Counted from the first letter of the stretch, positions 28,827-42,454 are shown. The stretch is DNA of 64,000 nt from Eledone cirrhosa (GCA_964016885.1 OZ024749.1:39928001-39992000), one strand, 5' to 3'. Program-made: numbers and translations. Notes: generated by a model not told the origin, from the sequence alone.

Positions 28827-31800
28827 TTGAGAGTTGGCTGTTTGAACGCGCGTGGCCTGAGCTCAGCTTGGAAGCAAGCAAAGCTTCTAAGTGACCTCAG
28901 GTCACAAAGTATAGATGTGATGGTTGTTTGCGAGAGTCGGATCAGCAGCGTGAGACAGCTGGCGCCCGCCTTCGATGACTTTGAGATGCACGCATCTCTC
29001 TGTCAACCCGGAGGCGGGGGGGGAGTTGCCGTACTGCTGGATAAACGTCTGACTCTCGACGTACAGATTGTTCACTCGGACCCGGGGGGTCGATTACTGG
29101 TGCTGGACGTCGGAGGTGGTGAAGGCGGGGCTTTCAGACTGATCGGTCTTTATGCTCCCTTCGGGGCGGAGAGAGCCGACTTCTTCCAACGTCTGGAGAC
29201 TTTTCTAGGAACGTCGCGTTCCCTGCTTTTAGTGGGGGACTGGAATGGAATCCTAGATGCGCGTTGGGACTATGCAGGGGCATGTCCCGATAGAGGGGGG
29301 TGTAGCAGCCTCAAGGGGTTACTCGATCGATTCGACCTGGTCGATAGATTTCGACTAGATTGTCCAACTGCGCCAACCTGGACCTGGGCAAACCGCAGTG
29401 GACAATCTAGATCGTACCTAGATAGGTTTTTGGTTAGGAGTAAGGATAGGGACGTATTTAGTTGTCCAGAACTGATCATGGTTGGCTATTCAGATCACAA
29501 ATTAGTGACCTGCGTGGTCAACCTTGATAGAACGCATAGACAGGGTCCCGGTTACTGGAAGATGAACTTGTCCTTACCGACAAAGAAAGATTACAGAAAC
29601 CGGATTAGTAGCTTAGTTAAGATGCGGTTGACGGGAGCGATCGTCAACAGTAGGTGGTGGATATCTCTAAAGAGAGAGATTAGAGTAAGTTCGATAGGTT
29701 ACAGTAAGGAACTAGCGGCGAATAGAAATAGGAGGGAAAGGGAGTTAACAGATAAACTAGAAGAGGCGATTAGGAGCGGAGACGTAGCCAGAGTGTTAGC
29801 GACGAGAACGGCATTGAGCCAGTTCTTTGACGCGAAGCACGAAGGCTGCGTTGTCCGAAGTAAAATACGTGCTTTAGGAAACGAGGGGACCAAAGCTGTT
29901 AGCTGGGCCCGCGTGACAGAAGCCAAGAGTGGGATTAAATCCACCATTCGGTCTTTGCGAGACCAGGATGGACGGGTGATCCTTGAACCTGAGCGAATGT
30001 GCGAGACCTTTCAAAGGCACTTTGCTCGACTGTTCGGAGGTGGCGGGGGGCCGGACGGGGATGTGGACTTCGGTCCATACCTCGACGGTCTACCGCGTCT
30101 TTCGAGCGGCGAAGCGGAGTGCTGCGAAGGGCCAATCACAGCCACTGAAATCGGGGAAGCGCTCAGCCAATGCAGCAGACGCAAATCCCCGGGTCTCGAT
30201 GGTCTACCATACGAACTTTATTTAGCTATGCCGGTCTTGTTCTCCGAACTCCTCGAGGCTGTCTATTGCAACTGGCAACAGAACGGGAGAATTCCCTGTT
30301 CTGTGACCAAGGGCGTGGTCACGCTAGTGAGGAAGGACGAGAGCAAGGGGGACGACTTAAGTAACTTTAGGCCCATAACTCTGCTGAATGCAGAGTTACA
30401 GATTTTGGCCAAGGTGTTGGCGAAGAGGTTGGCGCTTGTGGTGGGTGGTTTGGTGGGAGACGCGCAGACATGCGCTATCCCGTCCAGGTCCATTCACGAC
30501 AACCTCCACCTCATGCGATACATCATAGAGAGGGTTGGCTACGAACCCGGCTTTGGTGGGGCCCTGATCAACTTGGATCAATCTAAAGCGTTCGATAGGG
30601 TCGACCATGGTTACCTGGATGCGGTGCTAGCGGCGGCGGGCTTCGGACCCGTTTTCAGGGGCTGGATTTCTGCCATGCACAGTGGCAACATCTACTCTAG
30701 GATTAAAGTAAACGGCTACCTCTCGGAGCCGTTTCAAATCACCCGATCCATCAGACAGGGGTGCCCCCTCTCCTCCCTTCTGTACGTATTGACTCTCGAG
30801 CCACTGCTGCGGAAGTTGGAGTTGCTGCGGGGCATACCCCTGGAACCGGGATTGCACAAAGCGGTCTCGGCCTATGCCGACGACGTAACAGTAATGGTGG
30901 CGGACGCCTCGGAAATCGGGGCGATCGCCACCCTACTGGAGGAATACGAAAGGCTGACGGGGGCTAAGCTGAACCAGGACAAGTCAGTCGGTTTGCAACT
31001 CGGAACGTGGAGGGGCAAACCGATGCCGTTAGACGGTGTCGTCGGGCGGTGGACGGAGGGCCCGGTGAAGCTGCTCGGGGTCTGGTTCGGACCGGACCTC
31101 CAGGTGGAGAAGAATTGGGGCGAGGTGACGAGCAGGGTGTTTGCGCTGACCCAGAAGTGGGCCAAGTGCAAACTATCACTGAAAGGTCGGGCGGAGGTGA
31201 CGAACGCTTACATAGCGTCCGTCATCTACTACCGCCTGACCGTCGTGCCTTGCCCCAAGGAAAAGCTCACCATCATGGAACGCATGCTCTTCCAGTTCCT
31301 CTGGAAGAAGCGGCCTCCCATGGTGAGGAGATCCATCTGCTGCCAGCACCCTTCGAAAGGAGGGCTGGGTATGCCGTGGCTGTTGATGCGTAGGCACGCA
31401 TTGAGGCTACGGCATCTACAGGTATTCCTCAACGGTCAGCCGGTGTGGGCCCCGTTTGTGAGGCGAGCCTTCCCACAGCTCGTCTCGCTCACCGAACTGC
31501 AATCCTGGGTGAAGCAAAGACCGAGAAAACTGGGCAACTGGCACACTGAGTGTGCCCAGGCGCTCACGGCTATCTGGCAAGCGGACCCGACTGTCAGTGG
31601 AGAATCCACCTCGACATTCTATAGAGGGTTGGTGGCTAGCAGGGGCGACGACACCCTTGGAGAGTCGCTAGGCATGGAGGAGGACGAACTGGCCAGCCTG
31701 TTCGGTAGAACTTTCGGCCCGGGACCCATGGACAACTTCCAGAGGTCCCTAGCCTGGCAGTGTTACCGGGGGGCTCTGCCCGTTCGAGAAAAGCTCTACA

Positions 31801-32255
31801 GACACGGGCGCCCGGGCAGGGATCCCGCGAAAAAGATCTGTCCCAGATGCGTGCGCGACGAGGAAACCGTTGCGCATGCACTGGTACACTGCCCGGGCGT
31901 TGCCGATCTGTGGGGCTACGTCGAACGACTGCTGTCGCGTGTGGCGCCGATTCGATTAACCGCCGAGTCTGTGGTGAACATCAAGCCGCCTCCTCCCTTC
32001 AGAAATGAAGCAGAGGCGGTCTTTCTGTGCGTAATAGCCATGATGAAAGAGGTTGTGTGGTGGACGCGCCTGAAAGGTCTGAGGTCGGGTGACTTTCTCT
32101 CCGGCCATCACCTGGTTTACTTCTTCCGATACCACTTCGGAAGAAGAATCAGGATGGAGAGAGAAGTGCTTGGTCCCAGACAGTTTTATGAAAGGTGGGT
32201 GAAAGAAGCGAGAATGGCCCGTGTAAATGGGCCTTCTCTCTACATTGTTCTGTAG
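28827..32255 (+). CDS. ORF2: AP endonuclease, reverse transcriptase and C-terminal CCHC zinc finger
   Basis: APE motifs LNARGL, YAP, GDWN, YLDRFL, SDH. RT motifs KSPGLDG, FRPITLLN, DQSKAFDRVDH, RQGCPLS, YADD. C-terminal CPRC...ETVAHALVHC. Uninterrupted 1142-codon frame. Confidence 0.97.
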   Translation: MRVGCLNARGLSSAWKQAKLLSDLRSQSIDVMVVCESRISSVRQLAPAFDDFEMHASLCQPGGGGGVAVLLDKRLTLDVQIVHSDPGGRLLVLDVGGGEGGAFRLIGLYAPFGAERADFFQRLETFLGTSRSLLLVGDWNGILDARWDYAGACPDRGGCSSLKGLLDRFDLVDRFRLDCPTAPTWTWANRSGQSRSYLDRFLVRSKDRDVFSCPELIMVGYSDHKLVTCVVNLDRTHRQGPGYWKMNLSLPTKKDYRNRISSLVKMRLTGAIVNSRWWISLKREIRVSSIGYSKELAANRNRRERELTDKLEEAIRSGDVARVLATRTALSQFFDAKHEGCVVRSKIRALGNEGTKAVSWARVTEAKSGIKSTIRSLRDQDGRVILEPERMCETFQRHFARLFGGGGGPDGDVDFGPYLDGLPRLSSGEAECCEGPITATEIGEALSQCSRRKSPGLDGLPYELYLAMPVLFSELLEAVYCNWQQNGRIPCSVTKGVVTLVRKDESKGDDLSNFRPITLLNAELQILAKVLAKRLALVVGGLVGDAQTCAIPSRSIHDNLHLMRYIIERVGYEPGFGGALINLDQSKAFDRVDHGYLDAVLAAAGFGPVFRGWISAMHSGNIYSRIKVNGYLSEPFQITRSIRQGCPLSSLLYVLTLEPLLRKLELLRGIPLEPGLHKAVSAYADDVTVMVADASEIGAIATLLEEYERLTGAKLNQDKSVGLQLGTWRGKPMPLDGVVGRWTEGPVKLLGVWFGPDLQVEKNWGEVTSRVFALTQKWAKCKLSLKGRAEVTNAYIASVIYYRLTVVPCPKEKLTIMERMLFQFLWKKRPPMVRRSICCQHPSKGGLGMPWLLMRRHALRLRHLQVFLNGQPVWAPFVRRAFPQLVSLTELQSWVKQRPRKLGNWHTECAQALTAIWQADPTVSGESTSTFYRGLVASRGDDTLGESLGMEEDELASLFGRTFGPGPMDNFQRSLAWQCYRGALPVREKLYRHGRPGRDPAKKICPRCVRDEETVAHALVHCPGVADLWGYVERLLSRVAPIRLTAESVVNIKPPPPFRNEAEAVFLCVIAMMKEVVWWTRLKGLRSGDFLSGHHLVYFFRYHFGRRIRMEREVLGPRQFYERWVKEARMARVNGPSLYIVL

Positions 32256-32503
32256 GTGAAGAAGTGAAGAGGAAAGGGGGAGCGCCTCCTCTCTGGGCTT
32301 CCCCCGCGAAAAGAGTTGCACACTTTTCGGGGGTATGTGCAATCCCCAACACGCCCCCTCCCTTTTGAGGACTTTTTATTGTTATATTATTATTGTTATT
32401 CCTTTTTTCTTTACTCGATTTATGTAAACTCCCCCACTGTGTAAATGTCCCCTTCTTTTGTGCCCTCGTGGCAAATAAATAGAAATTTATCTATCTGTCT
32501 ATT

Positions 32504-32577
<74 letters not shown>

Positions 32578-32579
<2 letters not shown>

Positions 32580-32764
32580 AATAAATTATTGAGAATCGGA
32601 ATCTTGGCCCACGAAATAACGAAACACAATCTTCGAAATGCGTGGCAAAGTGCTCAATAGTTTGGATAAACCAGAGCTATAACTAACGTTTAAATACCAA
32701 CACACTGAGACAATGCTTAAAATCATTCGCACAGCCGAAAAAACGACCAAGAAAATTCGGGCCA

Positions 32765-32767
<3 letters not shown>
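32578..32767. mobile_element. Unclassified (TA)n-bounded repeat, family Q
   Basis: Shares ggcaaagtgctcaatagtt...aaaccagagcta with 52422-52790, and more loosely in reverse with 58815-59017. Confidence 0.5.
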
Positions 32768-32853
<86 letters not shown>

Positions 32854-32961
32854 GGATAGAGTGATATATAGATAGAGAGATGAAGAAGTAGAAAGATATA
32901 TATATAGTTATATATCACTCCATCTATCTAGCAGACTGTTTCTTTATGCATATCCTTCTAT

Positions 32962-33087
<126 letters not shown>

Positions 33088-33152
33088 AACGTATTCAATA
33101 TTAGTCCTTCACCAGGAAAGAGCAAAGTTCAGAGAAAGAAGAGTTTGGAATG

Positions 33153-33183
<31 letters not shown>

Positions 33184-33360
33184 ATATTTATATATATGCA
33201 TACATACATCGAACTCACAACCTCACGATTGCGAATCCAATTCTCTTACCACTCAGCCACACACCTTCACATACATACATACATACATACATACATACAT
33301 ACATACATACATACATACATACATACATACATACATACATACATAATACATACATACATA

Positions 33361-33752
33361 CATGGTGACTGCCAACTCGTTTTCGAGTACGGCCACTACT
33401 TTATATCCATGTAGGAGAACTCCTACCGATGCGCTGAACGAATGTGACTTTTTAGTCCAGCCAGCGACTTGAAAACTCTGGTACAAACACTACACTTGTG
33501 ACAATTATTGACACATAGTGCTGGGCCCTTGGTACCATGTGACGACAATTGCAGAGAGATCTCCAGATATAAAGCAATGCCTGTGCCGTGAAGCTTTTAT
33601 AGTGAGCAAAGGCACTGCATAAAGCCAGTCCCACTCTCTTAACCAAGATGATATTTACCAAAAAGAAGAACAAGTCAACATCATTGGATACCAGCAGAAT
33701 TCTAGGAGAAGGAAAACTCTGATATAACACCTGCAACTCTGATGGTATCTAA
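33361..33752 (-). mobile_element. Non-autonomous RTE-type retroposon copy with a 5' inversion
   Basis: 33361-33693 is the reverse complement of 53681-54013. 33694-33752 is a direct copy of 53632-53690. (CATA)n on both sides. Confidence 0.85.
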
Positions 33753-33820
33753 CATACATACATACATACATACATACATACATACATACATACATACATA
33801 CATACATACATACATACATA

Positions 33821-34140
33821 CATGATGGCTGACCCCTCGTTATGGAGTATGGTCATTGCACGATATACCATTATTAGTAATTATTAATTAATTCTATCGT
33901 GCAATGCCTGTGCGTGATGATATTTTTAAAGTGAGGAATGACTGTGCACTGAGCCAATCCCACTCTCTGAGCGACAGTAGCTATAATCCTAAAAGAAGAA
34001 AAGATCAACATCATCGGTAACTACTGAGCCGCAGGTTTTATATCGGAATTATCCCAGTTTCCTGAGTTGCCTTCTCCTAGAAGAATGCCTTGAGAAAGGC
34101 TAGGGGTCCTTTACTCCCAGTGGTTTAACCGCGCGGTACA
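33821..34140 (-). mobile_element. Diverged relative of the (ATGT)n-tailed retroposon
   Basis: Shares gcaatgcctgtgc, tgtgcac..agcca.tcccactctct, aaaagaagaa..ag.tcaacatcat and ccttctcctagaa with the family. Confidence 0.65.
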
Positions 34141-34161
34141 TGTGTATATACATATTTACAC

Positions 34162-34189
<28 letters not shown>

Positions 34190-34192
<3 letters not shown>

Positions 34193-34478
34193 GGTGGCTG
34201 CCAACTCGTTTTCGAGTACGGCCACTACTTTATATCCATCTAGGAGAACCCCTACCGATGCGCTGAACGAGTGTGACTTTTTAGTCCAGCCAGTGACTTG
34301 AAAACTCTGGTACAAACACTACACTTGTGACAATTACTGACACATAGTGCTGGGCCCATGATACCATGTGACGACAAGTACAGAGGGATCTCCAGATATA
34401 AAGCAATACCTGTGCCGTGAAGCTTTTATAGTAAGCAAAGGCACTGCACAAAACCAGTCCCACTCTATTGACCAAGAT
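34190..34478 (-). mobile_element. 5'-truncated copy of the (ATGT)n-tailed retroposon
   Basis: Near-identical to 33361-33650. (CATA)n on both sides. Confidence 0.85.
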
Positions 34479-34879
34479 ACATACATACATACATACATAC
34501 ATACATACATACATACATACATACATACATACATACAATTACGTACACATAATCCTGTTGATTACTCGTCAGTTAACAGCCTTTGTCCTTTATTTATTTC
34601 CATTCGATAGTGTTAAATAAATCAAGAAGAAGAATTGATTATATACTTGAGAATGCCATTACATCATTAGAAGTCAATGCTTTCAATTTATCTGCCATAA
34701 AACACCAAGTAACAATAGTCTGGTATGTTAGGCAAAAGCTGAAATATCTCTTCAACTCTTCACCACTTCAGCTCTTCGCCACATCAGTACTTCAAAACAT
34801 CATATTGTCCATTGCTATTATTATTTATGTTTATATATATATATGTTTTTTTTTTCTTTTATATATATGTCTTTTTTTT

Positions 34880-34992
34880 TCTTTTCTTATATAAATAATA
34901 AAAATATTTACACGCACAAAACCCACATCGTACCATCCTGTCCCGTCTGTAATGTTTTTCTTGATGTCAGCCCTTGTGGCCAATAAAGAAAT
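34880..34992 (+). mobile_element. 3' UTR remnant of another Tx1-like family
   Basis: Ends gcccttgtggccaataaagaaat like the two Tx1 copies, but the upstream UTR is unrelated and the flank is ATT-rich. Confidence 0.6.
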
Positions 34993-35008
34993 CATTATTA
35001 TTTATTAT

Positions 35009-35200
35009 CGGTCGGACGCCATGCTTTCCAGCATAGTTACGTCCCTTTACGATCTGAGTTCAAATCCCGCCGAGGTTGACTTTGCCTTTCATCCTTACGG
35101 GGTCGATAAAGTAAAGTACCAGTAATGTACTGGGGTAATTGCTGGCATTGTGCCTAAAGTAGAAACAATTAGTATTATTGTTGTTGTTATTATTATTATT
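35009..35200 (+). mobile_element. tRNA-derived SINE (major family)
   Basis: gagttcaaatcccgccgaggttgactttgcctttcatcc core and ATT tail. Confidence 0.85.
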
Positions 35201-35375
35201 TTGAAGGCCGCGGCATTCATCATCCTTCTTCTTCTTCTTCTTCTTCTTCTTCTTCTTCTTCTTCTTCCATCTATCTATCTATCTGTCTCTCTACTTGTCT
35301 GTCTGTCTACTTTTCTGTCTGTCTGTCTATCTCTCTATCTGTTTCTCACTATCTATCTATCTATCTATCTATCTA

Positions 35376-35468
<93 letters not shown>

Positions 35469-35511
35469 CTCTATCTGTTTCTCACTATCTGTCTGTCTGT
35501 CTATCCATCCG

Positions 35512-35545
<34 letters not shown>

Positions 35546-35934
35546 CATGTATATGAGAATGTCTGTGTGTGTGTGTGTGTGTGTATCTCTATTGATGTAT
35601 TTGTGTAATTGTGTGTTTGCGTCTGTCTCTATCTCTGTGTGTGTGTCTGTATGTGTATTGATGTATTTGTGTAATTGTGTGTCTGTCTGTCTCTATCTGT
35701 GTGTGTCTGTCTGTCTGTCTCTATCTGTGTGTGTGTGTCTGTCTGTGTACATCTGTGTGTGTGTGTCTGTCTGTGTACATCTGTGTGTGTGTCTGTATGT
35801 GTACATCTGTGTGTGTGTCTGTATGTGTACATCTGTTTAGTGTAAGTGTCCCTGACTTCCTTAACAACATCTGTACAGTTCAATTGCTCACTGGGTCAAG
35901 TAGATGCAGGTTTGATGCAACAATGACACCGACA

Positions 35935-35991
<57 letters not shown>

Positions 35992-36054
35992 GATAATATA
36001 TATATATATATGTATATATGTATAGGGTATGTATATGGATATATATATATACAC

Positions 36055-36089
<35 letters not shown>

Positions 36090-36148
36090 ATATACATACA
36101 TATATATATGTATATATATATATATATTTATATATATATTTATATATA

Positions 36149-36225
<77 letters not shown>

Positions 36226-36231
36226 ATATTT

Positions 36232-36262
<31 letters not shown>

Positions 36263-36317
36263 AAATTTATATATATATATATTTATATATATATATATAA
36301 ATATATATATATATATT

Positions 36318-36440
<123 letters not shown>

Positions 36441-36443
36441 ATT

Positions 36444-36493
<50 letters not shown>

Positions 36494-36799
36494 TATATAT
36501 TTATATATATTTATATATATTTATATATATTTATATATATTTATTTATATATATATATATACTTTCATATATGTGTGTGTATCAAATAAGACGCAGACTA
36601 ACCAAATGGAAGATCCTAGTAAAGTACTTTAAAATAAAGAAGCTTCACAGGCATCTTACCCCAGGGGTAGATTATTCGTTAAGCAAGCTAAAGCTAGAAG
36701 ACTCAAGGAATATCCCCCTTACTGCAGTTTCACGAGAAAAAGAACAGAATTGACCATTTTAATTAGTATTCTTTATATAAATAAATATATGCTTGTTAC

Positions 36800-36992
36800 C
36801 AAGCCTCTTCTCTAGCTTCTTGGCAACGTTCCCTGCTTCCCACATTCTGCCATCTTTCCATGTATGTCTCTTGGCCTTAGTTGTTTCGTCCAATCTACTA
36901 TTCCACCACCAACCACTCTCCTACTCCCTGAACGTACTCTCCAGCCACAGACCTCGTTTGTGGCCTTCAGCAGATTATCTTCCACTGCTCCT
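36800..36992 (-). pseudogene. Old LINE (RTE-like) ORF fragment from the EN-RT linker
   Basis: Frameshifted minus-strand peptide ...KATNEVCGW...WWWNSRLDETTKAKRHTWK... resembles the WWN...KR..W linker motif. Confidence 0.5.
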
Positions 36993-37057
36993 GTATAGTA
37001 TATGTCGCTATTTCTTCTTCCTTTCTGTCGTATATGTGCATATATATATATATATAT

Positions 37058-37135
37058 ATAACGAAGGAGTTGTGGTAAAGAATCAGATGGACGATAACGC
37101 CCCAGAGTACTCAATACTTAGGGTAGTAGAGTGGG

Positions 37136-37140
<5 letters not shown>
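37058..37140. mobile_element. Family P fragment
   Basis: gtggtaaagaatcagatggacgataacgcccagagtactcaatacttagggtagtagagtgggtaat, TA-bounded. Confidence 0.65.
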
Positions 37141-37182
<42 letters not shown>

Positions 37183-37341
37183 GGATGTGAGTTTTATTGT
37201 AGTACAATAAAGCAATGCAGATATCGGATAAGAAGCACTCTACAGTTTGTAGGACTGGGGTATACATAATATATAAGATCAATATGTTGATTTAAAACTG
37301 CACTATCCACAAGTGTTTTTAACCGTCATATCATGTCTTCC

Positions 37342-37412
37342 TATTTTATCTGATGAAAACACAAATGTTATTGCATGATGATATTTGTTTTTGAAATGCG
37401 CATAATAAAATA
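37342..37412 (+). ncRNA. Type I hammerhead ribozyme motif (HHR2)
   Basis: Perfect stem I tattttat/ataaaata; CTGATGA at 37350; 14-bp stem II with one mismatch and G-U pairs; GAAA at 37393; palindromic stem III atgcgcat; AUA triplet, predicted cut after 37404. Confidence 0.85.
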
Positions 37413-37690
37413 CATGGAACTCTTTTAACCATCTTTTGATCTTATATATATTATATATATATATATATATAATGGCGGGGATATGTGTAGGTATAAATAC
37501 ACTTTAAGAATACAAATGTAATTCATTCTGTAAAACTAGTGTATATATATATATATATATATGAATAAAATGAATCACAAATTCTGAAATCACAACTCTC
37601 TAGAGTATTGAGTACATTAATTGTTATCTCTAACCAACCCCTCTTCTTATGAACAATACATTATGTGTGTGTGTATACATACATATATAC

Positions 37691-37721
<31 letters not shown>

Positions 37722-37747
37722 TCAATCTATATATAAATATGTATACA

Positions 37748-37855
<108 letters not shown>

Positions 37856-37901
37856 TAGAGATATATACATACATATATATATATACGCACATAAATATCT
37901 C

Positions 37902-37943
<42 letters not shown>

Positions 37944-37962
37944 CTATAAATATATATATATA

Positions 37963-38018
<56 letters not shown>

Positions 38019-38254
38019 CAAATAACCACACGACAAAACCTTTTCACAGTACAGCAAGGCTTTCAGGCAATTTGTTTTGTCTCCAAGTTAAAACTAAACT
38101 AACAAAAGGAACTGCTGCTGCTATTGGTATATATAGGAATATGTACAATCTCAAAGCTACTCATCTTTTCAATAAAATCTATTCGGGTCTATTGTACATT
38201 ATGTGACGTCATTACATCATTTGATGTCCGCCATTACGATAGTATACACGGTAA

Positions 38255-39105
<851 letters not shown>

Positions 39106-39257
39106 ATCACACAGACCTTATTTTTCATCAAAGACATTCAAATGGTAAACGCCCCACTTTATATTCAGCTGTAGATGTCCTCCGCCACATTCTATTAAAC
39201 ACTCTTATGTGCTTCTTTATAGAGTAACATGTCCTCAGACGCAGAGTCTGACAAACA

Positions 39258-39284
<27 letters not shown>

Positions 39285-39296
<12 letters not shown>

Positions 39297-40030
39297 ACAT
39301 ACATACACAAATTCATACATACACACGCACATACACACACATACACATACATACACAAATTCATACATACACACGCACATACACATACATACACACGCAC
39401 ATACACACACATACACATACATACACAAATTCATACATACACACGCACATACACATACATACATACGCACATACACACACATACACATACATACACAAAT
39501 TCATACATACACACGCACATACACACACATACACATACATACACAAATTCATACATACACACGCACATACACACACATACACATACATACACAAATTCAT
39601 ACATACACACGCACATACACACACATACACATACATACACAAATTCATACATACACACGCACATACACACACATACACATACATACACAAATTCATATAT
39701 ACACACACATATACATACACAAATTCATATATACACACACACATACACATACATACACAAATTCATACATACACACACACATACACATACATACACAAAT
39801 TCATACATACACCCGCACATACACATACATACACATACATACACAAATTCATACATACACACGCACATACACACATACATACACAAATTCATACATACAC
39901 ACACACATACACACACATACATACACAAATTCATACATATACACACACACATACACATACATACACAAATTCATACATACATACACACATACACATACAT
40001 ACACAAATTCATACATACACACACACATAC
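39285..40030. repeat. ~40-60-bp CA-rich minisatellite
   Basis: Anchor acacaaattcatac recurs throughout. Confidence 0.9.
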
Positions 40031-40163
40031 GCACGCATACATACATTCATGCATTCATACATATATATATACATATATATATATAGTTTATAATTTCTCT
40101 ATTCTTTATTATACTTATATATATATATATGTGTGTGTGTGTATCTGTGTATTTATGTGTGTG

Positions 40164-40244
<81 letters not shown>

Positions 40245-40364
40245 GTGTGTATATGTGTGTATGCATATATATATAATTGCTAAGTTGATAAAATGGTAGG
40301 GTATGATGTATGACGTGAGGTATTTATGTCGGCTGTTTCTTGCAGACTGATCAACTAGAGAAAG

Positions 40365-40428
<64 letters not shown>

Positions 40429-40835
40429 TCTCCCGTTGGTTGAAATTGTAGATACAAAAGCTATTATCACTGTAGTCTCACAGTGATATATCTGAGTTTA
40501 TCACACTCAGAAATGAGATATTGATTCGTCATATTGAGATAATTGTTGTCACACATGCGCAGTCTTAGCCTGGCCTTTTATAAGGTTACATCTCATAGGA
40601 TGCTTCGTAGGTATTTTAATGATAGGAGTATGACAATTGACGTAATTATTGGTGAGACAGAATGGATAAATATAGTAGATTGGATCAACCACAGTACATT
40701 TCTGGTTTGTCTGCTCTGTTTTTGTTTTTTTTATCGACCTATGAAGGTATGAAAATCAAAATCGACTGACGGGCACAGTTATGGCTGTATGGTTAAAGAA
40801 TCTGCTTCATAGCTTTTTGATTTGGGACTTTAAAC

Positions 40836-41033
40836 CAGGCATATCAAACTGAGCGTCCCCGAGGGCCATATTGGTCACATATGTGTTGTCTGAGGGTCAC
40901 ACATGGCATCTAATTGTGCACATTACAACTCATTTTTTTTTTTATATTACGAAGATAAAACATGCTCGCGCTGTAAAAACCCTTGTGCGAGCCACATGTG
41001 TGCTTGTACAGGGCCGCATGTTTGACATGACTG
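40836..41033. mobile_element. hAT (Charlie-like) MITE, probably nested in an old SINE (~40770-41125)
   Basis: TIRs caggcatatcaaac / gtttgacatgactg. Near-perfect 8-bp TSD ctttaaac / gtttaaac. Confidence 0.75.
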
Positions 41034-41269
41034 GTTTAAACTGTCTGAGTAGCAACTTGGGAAAATATTGTATATCCTTGCCTCAGTAAAAATTGTTGGC
41101 AGCTGCTGTGTGGAAGCCCATCGAGGGGATCTTAGCCTTTCTTGGAGAGGGTGTTGGAATCGTCCCTTAAATTGAGGTCATTTAAATCATCCGTTAAATT
41201 CCCACCAACACCTGTTTCTTTAGTTACATTTATCTGAGTTCATTTGTTTAAAGTATATATATATATACA

Positions 41270-41326
<57 letters not shown>

Positions 41327-41558
41327 GAAATGAATACAAAGAGTTTAAAACCGTTAAAACATGTTTATATAATTGTGTACCTACGTACGTTTCGCCCTGA
41401 GCGTGTCTATCAACGGCTTGGAAAGCAAAAAACAAATTGACGCCTCTAATATTTAACCCTGTAGGCACGAGTATTGAGCACACATGCATAAACTATTGGC
41501 AACTAAATATATGTATCGACCATCTTTCCATTTTCTTCTCTCTCTCGATACCTAATCA

Positions 41559-41615
<57 letters not shown>

Positions 41616-41618
<3 letters not shown>

Positions 41619-41890
41619 GGGGGGGTAAATTCCAGAGATCCATGGTCGAGTTCTCTCCAGCGGTCTCTGTCCCTTATTATCGCTGCCATGTCCTGCGTCT
41701 CCAACAGACCAGTGTCTGTCCTTAGGGCATCAACATACGTTAACCTTGGTCTTCCTCGTCCAGTGTGTCCATGTAGGGGCTCCCACAGGAGCACTGAGTG
41801 CAATGTCAACTCTGGATGTCGGTGAGCATGTCCAGCCAACCTCAGTCTCCTCTGTGTCACTTTTGACTGACTCTTGGGAGGCTCCCGTAC
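41616..41890 (-). mobile_element. RTE-clade LINE 3' fragment
   Basis: [47 protein letters not shown]. (TA)n on both sides. Confidence 0.85.
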
Positions 41891-41946
41891 ATATATATAT
41901 ATGTATATATATGTGTGTATATATATATTATATATATATATATGTG

Positions 41947-41984
<38 letters not shown>

Positions 41985-42005
41985 CACATGTATATATATA
42001 TATAT

Positions 42006-42119
<114 letters not shown>

Positions 42120-42159
42120 TATACACACATATATATACATATATATATATATGTATATA

Positions 42160-42250
<91 letters not shown>

Positions 42251-42342
42251 GAACCAGTAAGACCCCGACGGCTGAGCTCAAGCCGTTTCGACGGCTAATT
42301 CTGGACGTTATGGTCCACCTGGTTCCTTACCACATTTCCTTC

Positions 42343-42346
<4 letters not shown>
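42251..42346. mobile_element. Family P fragment with an internal inversion
   Basis: gaaccagtaagaccccgacggctgagctcaagccgtttcg... is joined to opposite-orientation cgttatggtccacctggttccttaccac. Confidence 0.65.
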
Positions 42347-42404
<58 letters not shown>

Positions 42405-42420
42405 TATATGTATATATATG

Positions 42421-42454
<34 letters not shown>

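Larger units (their letters stand above)
26783..32487 (+). mobile_element. Apparently full-length L1/Tx1-clade non-LTR retrotransposon
   Basis: ~200-nt 5' UTR, gag-like ORF1, APE-RT-CCHC ORF2, and a 3' UTR ending gccctcgtggcaaataaatagaaat. Flanked by (TATC)n on both sides. Confidence 0.95.

Noticed and set aside
29270-32352. Overlapping and antisense ORFs inside ORF2
   Set aside because: Expected by chance in GC-rich coding DNA; no motifs.
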